Positions 13,419-26,829 of a stretch of 64,000 nucleotides of DNA are shown here, piece after piece. Numbering within the stretch: the stretch's first letter is position 1; every line of letters begins with the position of its first letter. The notes under the pieces are model-generated. The model was not told where the DNA came from, did no database searches, and saw nothing but the letters and a program-made list of their open reading frames with translations. The DNA is from Neocallimastix sp. 'constans'. Taxonomy: Eukaryota. The position numbers were made by a program, and so were the translations under genes. The stretch is from the NCBI GenBank assembly GCA_050613775.1, contig JBODTK010000105.1:372001-436000 (forward strand). Direction: 5' to 3'.

Positions 13419-14908
13419 TGAAAGAATTATTAAATTATATAACCAGTTTAATAATTGCAATAGGTAAGTTTATTTATTATTTATTTATTAAAATTACTAT
13501 TATTATTATTATTTAGATGCTCCCAAATGCGAATGTTATGGTAAATTATTATTTTTCTAGGCTTTTAGTTTATTTGCTGATTTAATTTTTTTTTTTAAAT
13601 TAATTTGGTAAATATAAAAACTAGACTAAATTTCACTCTTTTATGCCTTACAACAAAATAAAAAACCGAAAAGAGTTACTAACTAGAGATATATACTAGA
13701 CATCAAAATAAAAAATTATAAACTATATATTTTAAAGTCGTTTTACCTTCACGACCAACCTGTAGCCTTCGGTGACTATAGTTCCTTATTCGCCAGAACT
13801 TATTCGAATAGAGCAACCACCGAACTGTTAAAGTCGGTTAGTAAGATGTGGTTTTCTTTTAATCCACACACTCTTTACACTCTAGGGTTTTGAAGCCCGT
13901 TTATATTCAAATAATTAACGGCTATAGTTTCTAACCTACTGAAACTAGTTAATAACCGCCGAAACTCTGTTTATGAGCTCTAACCGCTCCTAGTATTTTA
14001 GAACTTCTTAAAGAATTTTTATGTCAAATTTTTTTTTTTACGTTTAGAAGATTTTCGGAATTCCTTAGAGAAAGTTATTAATACCAAAACCTTATGACCT
14101 TTTAAAAACTGGTAATTCTAGAAGTAAAGCTAAGCCCAAAGAGAGATGCCAGACACTAAAAAAAAGATTTAATTGAAAGTGAGAACAAAGAACCAGGAAT
14201 CCTTAACCAATAGGAACAGAAACCAAGTTCAAAACTAAGAAATCTAAAAAGCCAAGAACAAAAGGGAACCGAAGATCTGAGCGTACCAAAAAAATGCCCC
14301 AAAATTTAAGAAACAAAAGATACAAGATCCAGAAAAAAATTCGGAAGAATTTCAAAAAAACTAAACAAAAGGCAGATATATCAAAACGTGGCTTTTCTTT
14401 TGTGTTTCGGTTTTTTTTATAATAACAGATTATTATAATAAGTATTAAAAAAAACATTGAAATAAAAATTTTCTTTTATAATTTTATTTTTTTTTTAAAA
14501 TTTTATTATTTATATTTATTATAATACTATAAGCCGCAAGGCTTGATATAGTATTAATATTTTTACAAAGAGTTTTATTAAAAATTAAAATTTATTAACT
14601 AAAGAATTAAAATAAAAAATACAAAGAAAAGAATATTTTTTATTATGAATTTTACTCATTTATATTTTTTTTCGAAAGTTATTAAAAAATAAAAAATAAA
14701 GGATTCGAAAAAGTTTTTAAAAATCGAAAAATTTAGAAAAAATAGAAAATAATAGAATTAAGAATATAATAGAATAAATTTTAATTAATTAAACATAAGA
14801 ATTATCAAGAAATTCTAGTAATTTCTTGAACTATAAAGTATCTTCTAGATATTTTAGAGTAAAACTATAAAATAATAAGTGTGAATCGAACCCTATGTAG
14901 TTTGATCC

Positions 14909-15605
14909 TGTAAAGATGTGATTATCCCAATCACATTTTAAATTAAAATTTTTCTTGTGTAATTCAAAAATGTAAATTATTCTTTGATTTATAAAATAAT
15001 AAATAATGTAAATAAATCATATGAACTAAATTTTTGAATTATATTCTTTAAGCCACAAGACAAAATTTTAATGTAATAATTCTGAGAAAATTACTGTTTT
15101 AAAATAATTTAAATGAATTAATTAAAGTTTAAAACAAAATAAATTAATAATTTATTTTGCGAAATTAAGTTTCAAAATTTAATCATGACTCCTTTAACAT
15201 TGTTTTTAAATCGAAAATATATAAAGACTTTACTTATAATATTAAAATAATAAATATATAATAAATATACTTAATTTTAATTATTTAGTATTTAGTTTAA
15301 TTAATAATTATATTTTTCTAAATTTAGTAATAGTTTATAAATTTATTATTTAATAAAATTCATTAAGATAGTTTTATATTAAAATATATGTAATTTAAAT
15401 AAAATAATATATTATCAATGTATTTAGGAAAAGTATAAATAGAAGATACTTTTCACATTTTTTTTCGATGTAATTGTTATTGAACAAATAACTATCAATA
15501 AATATTAAATATTAATAAATTATATTTTTAATAAAAAATTTTTTTAATAAAATATAATTTATTGTGCCTTTGTTATTGTAATCTATTTTAGTGTCTCCTT
15601 TTACA
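14909..15605. mobile_element. Solo LTR
   Basis: TGTAAAG...CTTTTACA termini with perfect 5-bp TSD GATCC (14904-14908, 15606-15610). Confidence 0.85.
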
Positions 15606-15719
15606 GATCCATGGTATTAATTTCTAACAATTATACCAGTAATAATATTCCCTAAATTTAATTTTTTTGATACGGGGTGTCACTAAATACCTTGTATTTC
15701 CTATTAAATACTCTTAATA

Positions 15720-16170
15720 ATAAAATAATAAAAATTATTATTAAATCTTATTATTAAAATCTTTTATTAATATTAAATATAATAAAATTATTATTAAATA
15801 TTCTTTTATTAATATCAAATATAATAAAAATTATTATTAAATATTCTTATAAATTTCTTTTATTAATATTAAATATAATAAGTATTATTATTAAATATTC
15901 TTATTAAAATCTTTTATTAATATCAAATATAATAAAAATTTATTATTAAATATTCTTATAAATCTCTTTTATTAATATTAAATATAATAAATATTATTTT
16001 TAAATATTCTTTTATTAATATTAAATATTATAAAAATTATTATTAAATATTATTTATAAAATCTTTTATTAATATCAAATATAATGAAAATTATTATTAA
16101 ATATTTTAATAAAAATCTTTTATTAAAATTAAATATAATAAAAATTATTACTAAATATTCTTATTAAAAA
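15720..16170 (+). repeat. Tandem array of ~41-54-bp units in the family-A LTR
   Basis: Repeated ATTAATATYAAATATAATAAAAATTATTATTAAATATTCTT. Also at ~24620-25075, ~33930-34035 (minus) and ~57290-57625. Confidence 0.85.
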
Positions 16171-16815
16171 TTATATATAATTTAAATCATTACTAATTCT
16201 TATTTTTATATTAAAGTATAATAAAAACCTATAAAAATTATTAATATAAAATACAGAATTATAAGTTTCTGTGTAATATTTTCTAAACCTTTGAAATAAA
16301 CTAAAAATAAAACAAAAATCAAAAATAAATTAAATCTTTATTAAAATAAAAATGAACTAAAATACAGAAGAATTTCAATAATAAAAATGATCTAAAATAC
16401 AGAAAATATCAATTCTGTATAATTCTCTCTCTGAAAACAATATTAAGAAGAAGCTAACGCGCCCGGAATGCCCTTCATGATACAATCTCTAATTTAATTT
16501 TTATTTAATAAATGTTATTTTTTTTAAAAAAAGAGCAATTTAAAATATTAGTTAAAAATTAAAATAAAATAGTATAATAGTTTTTTATAAGGAATATATA
16601 AATGATAAATAAATGTTTTAAAATAAAAGTATAAAAAGAAGAATAAATTTCTTTCTTTTTAATACGGGAACAAAATAATTTTAGTTTTAATTTTAAATAA
16701 AAAATATTTTAAAAATTAATTTTTTTTGATTCCAAATTCATTTTTGTGTGTTAATATTTATTTATTTTGTTTTGAATATCTTAGTGTTTCAATCCCAGCC
16801 CGTGTCATGAAAATT

Positions 16816-16832
16816 TGGTGGAGAATCCGGGC
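16816..16832 (+). promoter_or_regulatory. Primer-binding site, tRNA-Ala-like
   Basis: TGGTGGAGAATCCGGGC is complementary to a ...GCCCGGAUUCUCCACCA 3' end typical of eukaryotic tRNA-Ala. It lies 8 nt after the LTR. Confidence 0.75.
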
Positions 16833-17399
16833 GCCTGAAACACATTATAAGATGAAAAGAACCTTAAAATAAATATTAAATATATAATTTTTTTTATTTA
16901 AACTTATTTTTTTTTGTTAAAGGGAATCTAAAATTTATAAAACTTTGATTTATTTTGGAAAAATTATTTAATTTTTCTACTTAGTTACTAAAATTTTATA
17001 CAAAAAAAAAATTTTTTTGTGAAACTTAAATAGTAAATTTTATTTGTTATAATAAAACATTTATTTTTACTTATAATAATAATAAAAAAATAATAAAAAT
17101 AATATAAAAATATATATATATTATTTATATATAATAATAGTTTATAATAATAACAATATTATAATAATTCAAAAAAAATTACATTTTAGAAGAGCACTTC
17201 TGCTCAATTCTTATTTATTATTAAAATAATTACTTCCATTAAGAGAGTTTGTTCTATCTGGAAAGTCTATCAAGAGGATTTTTCAAGATATTGAAAAACT
17301 TGGAATAATTAGTTTTATTCAACAATAATAAATAAGTTTTATAATTATTAATTTTAAATTTTTATTTTCTTAATATTAGAATACTAAATTCATTCAATA

Positions 17400-17815
17400 C
17401 CTACCATCAGGGAGAGCGGCTGTTAGATGAAAAACTCTATAGCTAAAGGCTCATCGATTGGGATAGGTGAATTAAATAATTCCGTATTATTAATTAAATA
17501 AAAAGTTATTATTTAATTATTTCTAAAATCAGTAACGTTTTCCGGGAATATACAATATATAGTAATTTATTGGTAGCTTGATTAAATTCAGGTATAATAA
17601 ATTATTAAAATAACTTTTTATTAGAAAGTAGATAAGAGCGTTTACTTGTATAAGCGGGGGAGTAGAGCTCTATTTAATAAGGTTTCAATATCAGACCTTT
17701 AATTGAAAAATCCATAAAGCCCTTGTTTTAATAGGCAGGAATAGTTAAAGGTTACTTAGAACTGACGGTTAAATAGTAGAGGTCGAAAGACGCAGAGTAA
17801 ATGCTTGCGGGAATC
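17400..17815 (+). ncRNA. Candidate structured cis-RNA in the 5' leader of element A
   Basis: Non-coding GC island with nested stems: 17636-46/17796-806, 17670-78/17768-76, 17695-705/17742-52, and a 14-bp stem near 17498/17609. Confidence 0.55.
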
Positions 17816-18410
17816 GAAAATAATAATAAAGTTATAACATATATTTGATTGTCCCTTATTAAAATATATACAAAAAAAATTACTAATTTATATAATAATA
17901 ATTCTACTAACAAGCCTTTTCTATTGCTTAAAACTATTCTTCATTTTGGAATTTGTTCATAAAAAAAAAAAAAAATTTCTTCAATAATATTTGTCTTCCT
18001 TTTTAATAAGATTTACTTTATCATTTTTTTTGTTAAAATCCATATAAAAAAAATTTCTTTATAAAACCCTATTTAAATAATATTAAATAAAAATATATAT
18101 ATATATATATAATTTTTTTCTTTTCTATAAAAATAATTTAGTATTCTATTATTAAAAAAAAAATAATAATAATATACATATTTCCTCTATAATATTTATC
18201 TTCCTTTTTTGATAATACTTACTTTATCATCTTTTTGTTCAAATCTATATATATATAAATATTATAAAATAAAATTCTCTATAAAACTATACTTTAAATA
18301 AATTAAATAAAAGAAATATAAATATATACATATAAAAAAAAATTATTTTATATATTCGTTCTATTTAAGCAATTTTGTGTTCTTCTGTGTTCTTTCTCAA
18401 AAAAAAAAAA

Positions 18411-20351
18411 ATGAAGATTAGCGAAATAGCTAAATTATTGCCACGACTTGGTAGTTTCGATAGAGACATAGAATCATGGGAGAGTTCAATAGGGTAATGG
18501 AACTCTCAGATATTGCTGACCCAAGAAAAATGATTGCTTGGGCAAAAGAATGTGCTCTTGGATGATTAAAAGGAGTAATTGAAGATCTTAAAGAATAAGA
18601 TGAAGAGGCTGAAATGATTATATATCCAAGTATTACGGATATTAAAACAGCCATTGAAAAATTTTTAGATATTACTCCTCAAGAAAAATGCTTTAACCTA
18701 AAATCACTCAAAATACAAAAGGGTAAATCAATTAAAGACTTTAACTGGAGATACGGTAAATTATACCGATCACTTACTCCAGAAAGTCAAGCATTTATTA
18801 CTATTAATGATTACACGGATTCATTATTAAGTTGTCCATATGCTAGAAAAGAAGTAATAACTTCTCAACCAGCTAATTTAGAAGAAGCATTTAAAATAGC
18901 CGAACTTGCTGAAACTGCATCTGAAGTACCGAATAGAAATAGAAATGTCGTTATGTTTACCAATACTTATGGAGGTCTAAATTCTATTTTTCCAAATCAT
19001 TATAATAATAATTATAATAATAGAAATTATAATAATCCTAATAATTATGACTACAATAATTATCGCTATAATTATAATTATTATAACTATAATAATTAAT
19101 ATAAATAATGTTTATAATCATTCAAATAATTATAATAATAATTATCGAAATATTCTTATAATAATAATTATAACTCTATTAATAATAAAAATCTAAATCA
19201 TTTCCGAAATAATTATAATAGTGGTTGATAAAGAATTATTATAAAATTATATAAATTTTATGAAAATGTAAACAAACAAAATGTATACCAAATGTATGAA
19301 ATGAAATTAATGTAGTTTAATGATGTATTTAAAGTTTATTTTATATTATTTTATATTAATTAATTTATATTATTTTTATATATTACTATTTATAAATTAT
19401 TATTATATTATTATATTATTCTCACATAATATTAATATAACATATTATATTAATATTATAAACTTAAATTATTATGAAAATTATAGTATAAATATTTAAT
19501 TAAGAAATAATTTAGAAAAGTAGACTTTATTAAAAAAGAAAAAGAGAAAATAAATAATAAAAGTCCAGTTGTATGTTATTTTATAATAAATAAAATAAAT
19601 ACATAAACAAAAATATATTTTTTTAGTTATAATAGAGTGAATATAACTAAAATATAAAATAATTAATTTTATTTAATTATTTATTAAAAATAGTTTTGTG
19701 TTAATAAAAAATTTATTTTTATATAATAAAATAAACAAATAAATTTTTATTAATAAAAGTTGTTAAAAACTTCTTATCTAACGTTAACAACGCAAAGACA
19801 ACTTTCAGCATAAACATTTTATATTTATTATTATGATTTGTTTATCAGTGGTAATAATTATAATAGCAATAATCCAAATTTTAACAACATGAATAATAAC
19901 TTTAGCAATAATAAAGTATCCGGAACTAGAAATAATTTAAGAAATCAAAATTTTATATCTAATAATATTAATCTAAATTGTTTTAAATGTCATCAACAAT
20001 CAACATGGTCATAGGATGCAAGATTGTCCTTATACTTATCAAGAACTAGCTGATATGGAAGCTACTGGAAGACTTAATATCTATATTACAAATAACAGGA
20101 ACACAAACAGAAATCATAACCTAAATAATAATAATAACTATAATAGTATTTATAATATTAGTAATTTAAATAGAAACTCTAATATTAATACTAATAATGC
20201 AAATCTTTATAACTCAAATGGAAACTTTAATGTTAATACTAATTATAATAATACTAGTTATAACAGATCAAATCCTAATCATAATAACGTAGATCCTATT
20301 AATAATAACCAAAATTTCTTTAATAACAATAATCAATCTTTAAACTTCTAA
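18411..20351 (+). pseudogene. gag: A gag, interrupted by a family-B solo LTR
   Basis: ATG at 18411. ORFs 18614-19099 and 20016-20351. Disrupted CFKCHQ..H..QDC zinc knuckle near 19980-20030. Confidence 0.8.
19226..19847 (+). mobile_element. Solo LTR of family B
   Basis: Near-identical to 34036-34614, TGATAAA...TTTATCA termini, perfect TSD GTGGT. Confidence 0.95.
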
Positions 20352-23300
20352 ATAAGAGAAGGAATACTCCCATAAATCAAAAAATACAACACTTTTAACT
20401 AGTTTACTTATTAAAAATAAAGAATCTTCGAATATAGAAGATAATAAAGAAATAGCCATTGTGGCTGAAAGAAGAAGTAGAAAAACTAATGAAAATAAAT
20501 CATATAGGAAAGCAACTAAGAAAAGTTTAAAAGAAAATCCTCAACCAATTAAAGTTCCATCAAATAATCAGGAACAAATGGAAATGGAACCAAAAAGTGA
20601 AACTAATAGTAATAATAAAGGAAATGAAAATCAAAACGAAACAGAAGCGTTAAATCATCTTGATCCATCTTTTATAAATGAACCTTCAATTGAAGAAGCA
20701 AAAAGAAGAAACAAGAAAGAAAGAGCTAAAGAAATAAAAAAATTAGCTAAAGAAATAAAAAAATTAGCTAAAGAAATACAACTTCCAAGTGAAAAAAAGG
20801 GTAGAAAAATCCAATAAGGTAAACATAACAAAAAAATTAATAATAACAGGAAATCAAGATAATTATAATATAATTGACGATATTGGAAATAAGTTCGCTA
20901 ATATTACCATCGGACAGTTGCTCAATATTAATTCTAAATTGAGAACTGAATTATCTAAAACCTTAAAGTTTACAACAATTATAGAAGACGAAGAAACAAT
21001 CTTATCAACAAATAAGAAAGATAAGATTGTAAAAGCAAAATGTAAAGTAGAAAACGTAGAAACTACAGTATTTTTAGTTTCCTGTTCTTTTATTAATATG
21101 ATCACCAAAACCTTCATGATAAGTAATAAAATTCCATTTAAACCAATTTCTGCTATTAAAGAAACCCTATATCAAACTTGTACTAATACCACGCTCATCT
21201 CAAAATTATATGAAATAGAAATAACAATTGGAAATATTACTTCTAAGGAAATCTTTATATTAGTTGAAAAAGATGATATTTTCCAAGTATTAATTGGTGT
21301 GGATGCGCTAGCTAGAATGAAGATTATTATGGATTTCTCTGATCACACCTTATATCAAAAAAGATGAGATACGAAAGATAGGAAGTTTTGAAAGTGTGAC
21401 AGAAATAGAAGATGAGGAAGATGATATTAAAGATGAATTCGAAGAAGAATTGAATAAAGATGTGCTAGTTGATTATTTGCTAACCACTGAAGATAAATAT
21501 ATTCAAATTTTATACGAAGAAAATAATGATAATAATGATATTGATAATTCCTTTGGAAATCATGATGATAAAGATGGAAATAATTTTTGAAATATTAATG
21601 ATAATATAAATAATAATAATAATTATTTAAAGAATGTATTTGGATGTAAAATTAATAATGTTAAAATTTCTAAAATTTATAATAATAATTGTTCTTCTAA
21701 TAAAGATATTAATAATAATAATACTAACAAAAATTTTAATATTATGAATAATCATGATAATCCATGTGAAATTAATAAATATAACAATAATAATATCGAA
21801 AATTTTTCTAATAAATATTTTTCTAATAAAAACTTTTCTAATAAAAATTTTAATAATAGAATTAATAATATTTTTGAAAAACCTAATAATAAAAATAATA
21901 TCAATAATTCGAATAGAATTAATAATATTTTTGAAAAACCTAATAATAAAAATAATATCAATAATTCGAATAGTATTAATAATAAAAATTGTTCTTCTGA
22001 AAATTTTAATAATAAAAATAATATTGATAATTTCTCTAAAATTTAAATGATATTAATAATATTGATAATTTTTCTATAGATTTAAATAATATTAATAATA
22101 TTTATGAAAATTTAAATAGCGTTAATAATACTAATAATTCTTATAATAATTTTGGAAATAAAAATAATATTAATAAAATTTCTGAAAATCTTAATAAAAA
22201 TAATATTAATATTGATAAACCTTCTAAAAATTTTTGTAATGATAATAATCATAATATGGTTTCTAAAGATGTTGATAATACTATTAGTAATAAAAAATTT
22301 TCCTCAATTTTTAATGAAGATGATAATAATAAAAATTCTTTCGAAATTAAAAATCATATATTAATGATATTAATGATTTCGTTATAAGTGGTAACAAAAA
22401 TGAAAATAAAAATTCTTTACAAAATAATTATTCTTTATTAACAAAAATAAATGAAATTAATAATAAAAAGAATTATGAAAACAGTGTAATCAAAAATATT
22501 GATATTTCTATTGAAAATACTGATAAGAATTTTAAAAGTGCAAAGGAAATAACTATTCATGAAATTGCGGCTAAAGCACCAACAAAAATTAGAAACAAAC
22601 TAAAATTTTTATTATTAAATAATATAAATGTATTAGCACTTGATACAGATGATTTAGGTAAATCGAAATTACTAAGTCATAAAATAAAAATCATAAGTGG
22701 TCGAATGCTAATTAAACAAAGAATGTATCGAGTAGCAAATAAGAAACAAATGAGTATATTTAGAGAAGAAATAAGTAAATTATTAAGAAATGAATTAATA
22801 GAACCCTCAAAATCATCATGGTCATTCCCAGTTATTCTCGTTCCTAAAAAGAATGGTATATGGAAAATGGTAGTGGATTATAGAAAATTAAATGATATTA
22901 CTATTAAAGACACATATCCTTTACCTTATATAGAAGAAATATTATTTTTTATAGGCAATAAAGTTAAGTACTTAACCACGCTTGACTTATTTTCTGGTTT
23001 TCATCAGATTCCTATGGAAAAAGAAGACAGAAATAAAGCTTGCTTTACAACAATGTTTGGAAATTATAATTACAAAATTATGCCATTTGGACTTTGTAAT
23101 GCTCCTGCAACTTTCCAATGATAAATGAACAGAATATTCTTGCCTTTAATTGGTAAATGTATGTTCATTTATATGGATGATTTAGTAATATTTCCTAATA
23201 CCTTAGAACAATACATATTGGATCTTCAAAAAGTATTTGATATTATTAAAGAAAATGGTCTGAAGGCTAATTTTATCAAAGAGTCATTTTATTAAACAAG

Positions 23301-24140
23301 AAGTTAAAGTGTTAGGCTATATTTTATCCACAGAAGGTATAAAGCCAGTACCCAAAAAGGTAGATGTAATATCCAAATGGGAATCACCTAAAAATATTAC
23401 TCAATTAAGACCTTTCTTAGGTGCAATTGGATATTATAGAAAATTTATTAAAGATTTTGCTATAATTGCTCAACTATTATTTAAACTATTAAAGAAAAAT
23501 ATAAAATATATCTGGGATGATATAACTGAAGAAAGATTTAAAATTCTTAAGGAAAAACTTATTGAAGCTCCTATTCTTAAATATCCAGATTATGATAAAC
23601 AATTTTTATTTAGAACTGATGCTTCATTAGATGAAATAGGTGATGTATTAATGCAGAAAGATAAAGATAACATCGAATACCCAATTCAATATATTAGTAG
23701 ATCTTTAAAACCTACTGAAATAAATTATAGTATTACTGATTTAGAAGGCACAGTCTGCTTACTATTATTGTTTAAAATTTAAACCATATTTTAGCGGTAA
23801 TAAATATGATACTATTTTATATACTGATCATAAACCTTTAGTAGGTTTATTTAATAATGAAGAACCAAATAATGCTCGCCAAGCTAGATGGGTTATAACT
23901 TTTGGTATGTTAAAAATTATAGTTAAATATGAACAAGGAAAGAAAAATGTTATTGCTGATGCACTTTCTCGATTAATCCCTGACTCTAGAAATACTAATA
24001 AAGAAATTAAAAATACTACCTTATTTGCTCATTTGAATAATAATGAAAATATTAATTGCAATTCTGTTGAAAATACAAATAAAATGAATAATACAAATAA
24101 AAATGATTATACCTTAAATAATAAAAAATATTTATGTTAA
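20352..24140 (+). pseudogene. pol: A pol: protease, RT and RNase H (fragmented, Asn-rich linkers, no integrase)
   Basis: Protease-like 20789-21367 (VLIGVD), LDLFSGFHQI, MPFGLCNAPATFQ, YMDD, RTDAS, TDHKPL, NVIADALSR. Confidence 0.9.
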
Positions 24141-26697
24141 TTTTAATAAAATTAATTTAAATAATAATATAATTAATTCTTTAAATAAATTATATAATAA
24201 TAATAATAATAATTATATTTCTAAAAATTTAAATAATAATTCCAGTGTTAATAGTTATTATGAAAATTTTAATAATAATAATAATGACAAAAATTTTTAT
24301 TTAAAAAATTTTGATATTAATTATACTAATAGTAGTAACGATATTAAAAATTTTTCAAAAGAATTTTGTAACCATAATCAAAATAATATTAAAAATTTTC
24401 TGGAAAATCTAATTATAATAATATTAATAAAAATTAAAAATTTTTCGAAAAAAATTTTATGAAAATAATTATGATAAAAATTCTTTAAATAATATTTCTG
24501 AAAATTATTATTATACTTGGTATAATCAGACTTCAGGGGACGAAGTCTCATCTTAAGCGGGGAGATTATGATACGTGGTGTCACTAAATACCTTGTATTT
24601 CCTATTAAATACTCTTAATAATAATATAATAAAAATTATTATTAAATATTCTAAATTTCTTTTATTAATATTAAATATAATAAATATTATCATTAAATAT
24701 TCTTTTATTAATATCAAATATAATAAAAATTATTATTAAATATTACTAATTTCTTTTATTAGTATCATATATAATAAAAATTTATTATTAAATATTCTTA
24801 TAAATCTCTTTTATTAATATCAAATATAATAAAAATTATTATTAAATATTCTTATTAAAATCTTTTATTAATATCAAATATAATAAAAATTATTATTAAA
24901 TATTCTTATTAATTTCTTTTATTAATATTAAATATAATAAATATTATTATTAAATACTCTTATTAATTTCTTTTATTAATATCAAATATAATAAAAATTA
25001 TTATTAAATATTCTTATTAAAATATTTTATTAATATTAAATATAATAAAAATTATTACTAAATATTCTTATTAAAAATTATATATAATTTAAATCATTAC
25101 TAATTCTTATTTTTATATTAAAGTATAATAAAAACCTATAAAAATTATTAATATAAAATACAGAATTAAAAGTTTCTTATAATATTTTCTAAACCTTTGA
25201 AATAAACTAAAAATAAAACAAAAATCAAAAATAAATTAAATCTTTATTAAAATAAAAATGAACTAAAATACAGAAGAATTTCAATAATAAAAATGATCTA
25301 AAATACAGAAAATATCAATTCTGTATAATTCTCTCTCTGAAAACAATATCAAGAAGAAGCTACCGCCCGGAATGTCCTTCATGATACAATCTCTAAATTA
25401 ATTTTTATTTAATAAATGTTATTTTTTTTTTAAAAAAAACAATTTAAAATAATAGTTAAAAATTAAAATAAAATAGTTATAATAGTTTTTTTTATAAGGA
25501 ATATATTTATGATAAATAAAATGCATTAAAATAAAATTATAAATAGAAGAATAAATTTCTTTCTTTTTAATACGGGAACAAATAATTTTAGTTTTAATTT
25601 AAAATAAAGAATATTTTAAAAATTAATTTTTTTTGTTTCCAAATTCATTTTTGTGTGTTAATATTTATTTTATTGTTTTGAATATCTTAGTGTTTCAACC
25701 CCAGCCCGTATCATTTTTGATAAATAACGAAATTATAAAATTAAATTAAATAATAAATAGTAAATTCTTATTTAATTTAACCCAAAATTAATTCTCTTAG
25801 AAATCTTGAAATAAATTTAAGAAAATTAATTAAAAGAAATAAATGAAAATAAAATAATAATAATTTAATTAATTATTAACAATTTAAATTAAAACTAAAA
25901 AAATTAATAATTAATATTCTTCTAAAATTACAAATAAACAAAATAATAAACAAATTTAATAAATTGTGAATAATAAATAAACAAACTTATAAACATTACA
26001 AAATTAAAATTAAATAGTTAAATAATTCTCAAATTACTTTTATTTAAAATAATTAATATTTTATTTATTTTATAACTCAACTTTTATAAACAAATTATGA
26101 TTAAAACATGTTTATTTTAATAGTTTATTTGTAAATATTTATAACAATTATTTATTTTATTGTTTATAAAAATCAATAGTTTAAAATCATTGAATAATAC
26201 AAAAACATGTAAATATTTCTTATAAATTATTCTTTATTATTAATAATTTCAATAAATTATTATATATTTTATTAGTTTATTATATATTTTATTATTTGTT
26301 AATAATCAAATTATGGTTATTAATATTTTAATTTATTAGTTTCTATTAATAATCAATATTTTTAAGATTTAAATAAATTATTATAAATAATAAATATTTT
26401 ATTTTATTATTTATTAGTTTTAATAATCATTTTATGATTAATTTAAATAAAATTAATAAATAAATAAATAAATATTAGTATTAAAATAAAAACAATCTTT
26501 TTAACAAAACAATTTTGTGTTTTTAATAAAACATATTTATTTTAAATTTCTTAAATTTTTCTTAACATGTTTTAGTATTTATACATTTATTCATTTCTAC
26601 AAAATTTAATTTTTGTAGATTGAGAATATCAGGTATAAATGATTTTGTTTTAAAAGTTTAAAAATAAAATAACGGTTAAGTTATTGATTCTGTTATA

Positions 26698-26750
26698 ACT
26701 CCTTTGAAGCATCTATTTACTAGAGTTGGACTAGATATTATGGATCATTG
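26698..26750 (+). pseudogene. Gypsy integrase relic, part 1 (insertion target of D)
   Basis: Translates to TPLKHLFTRVGLDIM (cf. RPFVRVGLDIVG in B). Appears to continue at ~33385. Confidence 0.6.
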
Positions 26751-26829
26751 TAGTTATAATTATTATGATTATGATTATTTTGTGGTTTGATTATTCTTTG
26801 TTCATTTATGCATATTTATAAATTGCTTT

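Larger units (their letters stand above)
15668..25713 (+). mobile_element. Element A: Ty3/gypsy LTR retrotransposon, integrase deleted
   Basis: LTRs 15668-16807 and 24569-25713 (TGATACG...CGTRTCA), TTTTT TSD, PBS at 16816, PPT AAGCGGGGAGA at 24555. Confidence 0.93.
8822..26697 (-). mobile_element. Element D: chromovirus-type Ty3/gypsy retrotransposon; 5' LTR interrupted by a solo LTR and by element A
   Basis: 3' LTR remnant 8822-9107 is homologous to 25718-25790, ~26300-26475 and 26678-26697. PPT (AAGGAAAAGAG) at ~9109-9119. Gene order gag-PR-RT-RH-IN-chromodomain. Inner boundary of the 5' LTR not resolved. Confidence 0.75.

Noticed and set aside
14203..14457. 84-aa hydrophobic ORF in the D leader (env-like?)
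   Set aside because: Phe/Leu richness follows from T-rich sequence; it lies upstream of gag and has no recognisable motif.
14881..14897. B-box-like GGGTTCGATTC on the minus strand (tRNA or SINE)
   Set aside because: No cloverleaf or A-box found. Its role near the D LTR boundary is unresolved.
15720..16170. CRISPR-like array
   Set aside because: Head-to-tail AT-rich units without unique spacers, located inside LTRs, in a eukaryotic context with no cas genes.
17400..17815. Hammerhead, group I/II intron or HCV-like IRES identity for the leader islands
   Set aside because: No CUGANGA/GAAA core with three stems, and no P7 or domain V consensus. Resemblance to HCV domain III is only a few short words.
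21744..22364. Overlapping Ile/Leu/Lys-rich ORFs (also 41108-41341, 29867-30058, 50253-50438)
   Set aside because: Alternative-frame or antisense shadows of AAT-rich linkers.
26698..26702. PPT remnant beside the LTR at 26697
   Set aside because: ACTCC reads in frame as part of the integrase relic, so the similarity to 9108-9112 is likely coincidental.
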